Positions 41,123-41,194 of a DNA stretch of 41,194 nt are shown here, piece after piece (position 1 is the stretch's first letter; the number at the start of each line of letters is the position of its first letter). The stretch is from a virus (Duplodnaviria > Caudoviricetes). The translations under genes and the position numbers were made by a program. The DNA lies in the IMG/VR virus record IMGVR_UViG_3300036784_000035, positions 1 to 41,194 of that record; one strand, given 5' to 3'. The notes under the pieces were generated by a model. The model was not told the DNA's origin, made no database searches, and saw nothing but the letters and a program-made list of their open reading frames with translations.

Positions 41123-41194
41123 AGTTATCGCGTCTCTGCGCGTGCCACTGCCGGATGCGCCGGAGGATATGGCGCGGATGCTTGGCGTAGTAGC
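40955..41194. repeat. Right copy of terminal direct repeat
   Basis: Matches 1-228. Confidence 0.93.

Overview
The window looks like an essentially complete ~41 kb, GC-rich, P22-like podovirus genome that is circularly permuted. The ends overlap: 1-228 matches 40955-41194 imperfectly. A GcrA homologue and a NusG-type late antiterminator point to an alphaproteobacterial host. Layout: (i) a cI/cro switch at ~39.0-39.8 kb; (ii) a + strand early arm running across the junction (small ORFs, ERF recombinase, HNH-AP2, an array of small genes delimited by a repeat); (iii) a long - strand arm with gcrA, Dam-type and beta-class DNA MTases, VRR-NUC, ParB-N, HNH, a PriCT-like protein plus AAA_25 helicase and iteron-like origin, NusG, terS/terL, portal, scaffold, coat, gp4- and gp10-like tail proteins, tail fibres, three ejection proteins and a lysis module with a Tae2/BPSL0067-type amidase. 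I found no integrase, tRNA or CRISPR array. The most notable observations: a small membrane protein carries a protein-level copy of an 18-aa motif from the phage's own ejection protein (possible decoy-type superinfection exclusion); an SLT+SGNH-esterase pair in that ejection protein; two arrays of small genes delimited by repeats; five GANTC sites in 51 bp in front of gcrA; a structured RNA leader with a compensatory change before the coat gene; a dif-like 11-6-11 site in a phage with no integrase; and recoded essential-gene segments next to free-standing HNH genes. All functional calls come from motif recognition by eye; no database searches were run.
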